Positions 60,241 through 64,000 of a stretch of DNA of 64,000 nt are shown piece by piece. Position 1 is the stretch's first letter, and each line of letters starts with the position of its first letter. The position numbers and the translations under genes are program-made. Under the pieces are notes generated by a model, which saw only the letters and a list, made by a program, of their open reading frames with translations, was not told the DNA's origin and ran no database searches. Source of the stretch: an uncultured delta proteobacterium (GTDB taxonomy: Bacteria > Myxococcota_A > Polyangia > Fen-1088); the NCBI GenBank assembly GCA_963737265.1, contig CAVTRY010000013.1, positions 128,001 to 192,000 of the forward strand, written 5' to 3'.

Positions 60241-61659
60241 TTATCCCCGCGCCGGCGTTGCGTTTGCGTGGCTGGAGCGCGGGGGCGGAGCCTTTTTGCT
60301 GCCACTCTTGTCGCCGTTATCGAGGATGAAGTAGTTCACGCCCGGAGTCCCGCAGGCGTCGCCGTTGCGGTGGAATTTCCAGTGGAGGTAGACCTTGCCG
60401 TTCCCTGACAGGATGGCGGTTGGCGGCGTGGGAAAGGGCGCGGCAGCGTACACGGCGCTGATGGCGGCGCCATCGAAGCCCGTGATTCCCGACGTGCGCA
60501 CCATGGCGATTTTGTCCACGTTGCCTTCTCCATCCAAGACGATTTCCAATTTCGCGACCAGTTTCAGGTCGTTCATGGGGCTATCCCGGAACGACGTGTC
60601 CATTTGGGTCAGAAAACCAAACGCCCACTTTTCGTGGATTTGACGGTGCATGCGCGTGATGAATTGCGCGAACGGGGCGGCTCGGGTATTCAGCTCGGTT
60701 TGGTTGTCCGGCGTGACTTCATCGATGAAATTCTCCAGAGCAGAAAACACGCGCTCATTCCGCTCGGTGAATTTCCCTTTGTGTTTGGATCTTTCCTGCT
60801 TGGCCACCGCCGCCGCCGTTTCGGCGTCGTCGCCAAACGTCGAGGCGTAGCCTTGCTTGGTTAAATGGGGTGGATCGGCCATGGTGGAAGCACGACGCGG
60901 CCCTTCTGCCTCGCGCCGACCATCTTCCGCCTTGGAGAGCATTCCGTCGGGATCTTCCGGGAGCAGATCACCCCGCGCGCCGGCCTTTTCCAGGCCAGGC
61001 ACACGCATGGACAAGGTGGGGCGGGGCTCGATCATGGGATTTGACTCCTCGGCCAGGGCTTTGCGCCCGCGCTGGCCGGGCTTTGCCTCCCTGTCTTCCA
61101 GTTGCGCGATTTTGTCCTTGTCGTCGGATGGCTCAGATGGTTTTCCTTGTCGATTCTTTTCCAGGTTGGTTTGCCGGGCGCGGGTCTCATGTTCGGCGCG
61201 ATTGTTTCGCTGGGCCAGGTACTTGGCGTCCTTGGCTGCGTCCTCCTCTTTGCCCATGTCCAGGTCGACCATCTTTTGCCCAGGCAACTCCTCCGGTTGC
61301 GCCACAGTTTTCTCTTCGGGCTTGGGCGCCACCGGCTCGGGTTGCGGCGGTTTGGGCTCACGCGCGCGCTCGGCACTAGCTTGTGGTCTGGGCGGCTTGG
61401 CAGTGGGCGACTTTTCGGTCCTTTCGGGCAGTTTCGTTGCCTTGCTCGGCTCCATCGGTTCTTCAACGGCGGGCAGGTTGGGCGGTAGCTCCTCGTCCTT
61501 GACGGACTCGAAGCTTAGTCCCACTTCGTTGTTCGCGGGCTTGTCCCACCAAAACACCCATGCCATGAGCGGCACCAGCACTTGCGCATGCAGGAGAATG
61601 GACAGCAGCAGTCCACGGCCAATCCGGCCGCGATCTCGCCGCGTTTTCTGCCATGCCAT
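60241..61659 (-). CDS. TonB-family protein
   Basis: TM with SxxxH (SILLH); Pro/charged linker; TonB_C motif TSG...FD.AAI.AV..AAPF.TPP. Confidence 0.85.
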   Translation of the reverse strand: MAWQKTRRDRGRIGRGLLLSILLHAQVLVPLMAWVFWWDKPANNEVGLSFESVKDEELPPNLPAVEEPMEPSKATKLPERTEKSPTAKPPRPQASAERAREPKPPQPEPVAPKPEEKTVAQPEELPGQKMVDLDMGKEEDAAKDAKYLAQRNNRAEHETRARQTNLEKNRQGKPSEPSDDKDKIAQLEDREAKPGQRGRKALAEESNPMIEPRPTLSMRVPGLEKAGARGDLLPEDPDGMLSKAEDGRREAEGPRRASTMADPPHLTKQGYASTFGDDAETAAAVAKQERSKHKGKFTERNERVFSALENFIDEVTPDNQTELNTRAAPFAQFITRMHRQIHEKWAFGFLTQMDTSFRDSPMNDLKLVAKLEIVLDGEGNVDKIAMVRTSGITGFDGAAISAVYAAAPFPTPPTAILSGNGKVYLHWKFHRNGDACGTPGVNYFILDNGDKSGSKKAPPPRSSHANATPARG

Positions 61660-61748
61660 GTGCGAAGCGGAGGTTACCTGAACACCGCGCTTGATTCACG
61701 AGGTTACGGCTCTTACGCGAAGTCTTCGATTCGCGTACAATCCCCGCC

Positions 61749-62762
61749 ATGGACATCGTACTTGGCGTTCTCCTCGGATCGATTCTGTGGTTTTTTGCCC
61801 GCTACGGCCTGGGCGGCTTCTACACTATCGGGCCCAACGAGCGGGCTGTCCTCTGCACCTTCGGGCGCGCGCAACGACTGGGGGAGGAAACGACGCTGAG
61901 CGATCCTGTCGCCGAGAAGCTGAATGACGATGAGAAGCAGCGCTACGATTACCCGCAGGTGCGGGTCATCGGGCCAGGCTTCCATTGGAAGCTGCCGTGG
62001 CAAACCTTGCACCGCACCTCCATCGCTACCTCGACGGTTTCCATCGCCTTCGATCCCGAGGATCCTTCAGCCAACTCGAGCGGGCAGGTTTTGGAGGCGG
62101 TCACCAAGGATCAGTTGAACACCGGCTTGGTCGGCCAGATCCGCTTCACCGTGTCCGAGCGCAATCTGTACGCCTACTTCTTTGGCGTCAAGCGCCCGGT
62201 CGCGCATGTACTTGGCTACTTCGTTTCGGTCTTGCGCGACCGCATCGCCAACTTCGAGGCCCCCGACAAGGCGCGCGCCACCGGCGCCGAACCCGCCGAC
62301 GCGACCGACATCAGCGGCGTGCAAGGGATCTCCATCAATGACCTGCGCAAGAACCTGCGCGACCTCAACGAGCGCATGGATGCCGAGTGCGAAACCGCAG
62401 CCGCGCGCTACGGCATCCACCTCGATGCCGCCCTCATCACCGGCATCGATCCGCCGGCCGAGGTGGATTCGGCGCTTGCCGCCATCAACACCGCGCACAA
62501 CCTCGTGTCGAGCGAAATCAGCCTGGCGCAAGCCGCGGCCGACCAGCGCATCGTCCAGTCCAAACGCGCGGTGGAGATCGAAACTCTGAACGCACAGGCA
62601 GAAGTCGAGCCCTTGCTTGCCCTCGCCGATCAGCTACGTGACCTCGCGGGCAACGGCGGTCCACAGGCCCTCGAGGCCTACGTGCGCAATGCCAAGATCG
62701 CGCTGCAACGCCGGGCGCGCACCCTGGTCTTGCAAAACGCCACCCTGGGAGGGACCAAGTGA
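61749..62762 (+). CDS. SPFH/band-7 domain protein
   Basis: N-terminal TM; ERAV..FG, GPGFHWKLPW, TKD motifs; coiled-coil tail. Confidence 0.88.
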   Translation: MDIVLGVLLGSILWFFARYGLGGFYTIGPNERAVLCTFGRAQRLGEETTLSDPVAEKLNDDEKQRYDYPQVRVIGPGFHWKLPWQTLHRTSIATSTVSIAFDPEDPSANSSGQVLEAVTKDQLNTGLVGQIRFTVSERNLYAYFFGVKRPVAHVLGYFVSVLRDRIANFEAPDKARATGAEPADATDISGVQGISINDLRKNLRDLNERMDAECETAAARYGIHLDAALITGIDPPAEVDSALAAINTAHNLVSSEISLAQAAADQRIVQSKRAVEIETLNAQAEVEPLLALADQLRDLAGNGGPQALEAYVRNAKIALQRRARTLVLQNATLGGTK

Positions 62763-63676
62763 TGGACTCGTCGGTGATGGAGTTCTTCACGGCGCTGCTC
62801 TACACCTTCGGCGGGTGTTTCATCCTCATTCCGGTCGCGCTGGCCTGCGCGCGCATGTTCGCCATGTACGTGGTGGTTAGCGAACGGCAGTGCGTGGTCT
62901 TCGAGCTATTCGGCAAGGTGCGCTTGGTGCAGAGCGAGCCCGGCCTTCACTGCCCGTGGCTCAAGTTAGGTCCTTTCGCGATCTTGCTGCCGCTGTTTGG
63001 CAAGAAATTCACGGTGGACATGCGCATCGACCAGACCTACTTGCGCAGCCAGCCCGTGAATTCCGAGGAAGGCGCGCCCATGGGCATCGGCGTGTGGTGC
63101 GAAATGGTGGTCAGCGATCCCGTCGATTACCTCTATAAGAATACCGATCCGCTCGGCTCGTTGCGCGCCAACGTCTCGAACGCCACGGTCCGCTGCCTGT
63201 CCAACATGAAGCTGTCCGACATGCTGGAAAATCGCCACGGCATGAGCCGACTGGTTCGCCAGGAAGTCACCTCCAAGTCGCAGGAATGGGGCTACCAGGT
63301 CGGCAGCATCTACATCCGCAAGGTGCATTTCCGCGACCGTGGCATGATTTCGCAAATCGAGCAGAAAGTGGTGAACCGCCTACGCCAGGTGACGGCCGCC
63401 ATTCAGCAAGACGGCGCCAACCGCGTGAACGTCATCCACTCGACCGCCGAGCGCCAGGCCGCCGTCGAATTCGCCAAAGCCGCAGCCACGCGACCGCGAA
63501 TCGTCGGCAAGGCACTGGGACAAATCGCCGAGAATCCGCTCATCGCCAAGGCCTTGTTCGAAGTCCTGGAAACCCAGGCGCTGCTCGCCAGCAACAGCCT
63601 GGAAGTGAATGTCATGGCACCCGGGATTTCGATCCTCTACAGCATGGGCGGCCCCGCCGCGGCTCCGCGCACCTAG
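62759..63676 (+). CDS. SPFH/band-7 domain protein
   Basis: N-terminal TM; LFGK...EPGLH, DPVDYLY, WGY motifs; GTGA overlap with previous gene. Confidence 0.88.
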   Translation: MMDSSVMEFFTALLYTFGGCFILIPVALACARMFAMYVVVSERQCVVFELFGKVRLVQSEPGLHCPWLKLGPFAILLPLFGKKFTVDMRIDQTYLRSQPVNSEEGAPMGIGVWCEMVVSDPVDYLYKNTDPLGSLRANVSNATVRCLSNMKLSDMLENRHGMSRLVRQEVTSKSQEWGYQVGSIYIRKVHFRDRGMISQIEQKVVNRLRQVTAAIQQDGANRVNVIHSTAERQAAVEFAKAAATRPRIVGKALGQIAENPLIAKALFEVLETQALLASNSLEVNVMAPGISILYSMGGPAAAPRT

Positions 63677-63709
63677 CTAGGGTGGCACACCATAGGAAGC
63701 GTGCATGGG

Positions 63710-64000
63710 TCACGATGTGCTCCTTTCATCATGAACGCAGGTCTTTCGCGCCACGGCCTTGAAGAACGTGTAACAGAATGTACCACCCGCCTCGGCGGTG
63801 CGCTTGAGGTCGGCGATGCCCTCATCCCAGTCCATCTTTTCGATGAGGCCGAGCCGAAATGCAGGCTCGGCGGCGCCTTCGACCATGGCGATGAAGGTCT
63901 TGCGGGTAAAGCCGTCGACCCAGCCAGGGCGGCTGTCGTCCGCGTAGACGAAGCGCGGTGATACCTGTACGTCATCCAGTCCCAGCGATTGCAACAGCGG
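63710..64000 (-). CDS. C-terminal part of a probable SAM-dependent methyltransferase (runs off the window)
   Basis: VSPRFVYAD.SRP..VDGFTRKTF.AMVEG...GTFCYTFFKA tail. Confidence 0.65.
   Translation of the reverse strand, partial: PLLQSLGLDDVQVSPRFVYADDSRPGWVDGFTRKTFIAMVEGAAEPAFRLGLIEKMDWDEGIADLKRTAEAGGTFCYTFFKAVARKTCVHDERSTS

Overview
GC-rich bacterial chromosome segment whose gene content (FHA-sigma54 activator with Ser/Thr kinase and TPR protein, Cys-rich lipoproteins with 'DAG' linkers, TonB proteins) is typical of Myxococcota/Polyangia; this taxonomy is inferred. Recognisable genes: a stand-alone OmcA/MtrC-type decaheme cytochrome, cimA, cfa, a pectate lyase-like lipoprotein, three GT-C-like membrane proteins, a complete bufferin-type RiPP locus (ECF sigma, NrsF, 6-Cys precursor, fused DUF692-DUF2063, DoxX), modBC followed by a PBP-like lipoprotein/porin/TonB-receptor cassette, a 2-oxoacid dehydrogenase cluster, glpK, an IS4 element with an 11-bp target duplication, an [FeFe]-hydrogenase-like chemoreceptor and two SPFH genes. 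Most notable observations: (1) a putatively sigma54-driven gene pair resembling a split vitellogenin/MTP-type large lipid transfer protein; (2) a ~257-nt rod-shaped candidate ncRNA; (3) three G(T/A)AACC-N16-CGTA ECF promoter motifs, two lying in a 57-bp direct repeat that brackets the 9-kb mod cassette; (4) three +1 frameshifts that can each be repaired by removing an A directly after TCGA. All calls come from reading the sequence by eye; no searches or folding were run.
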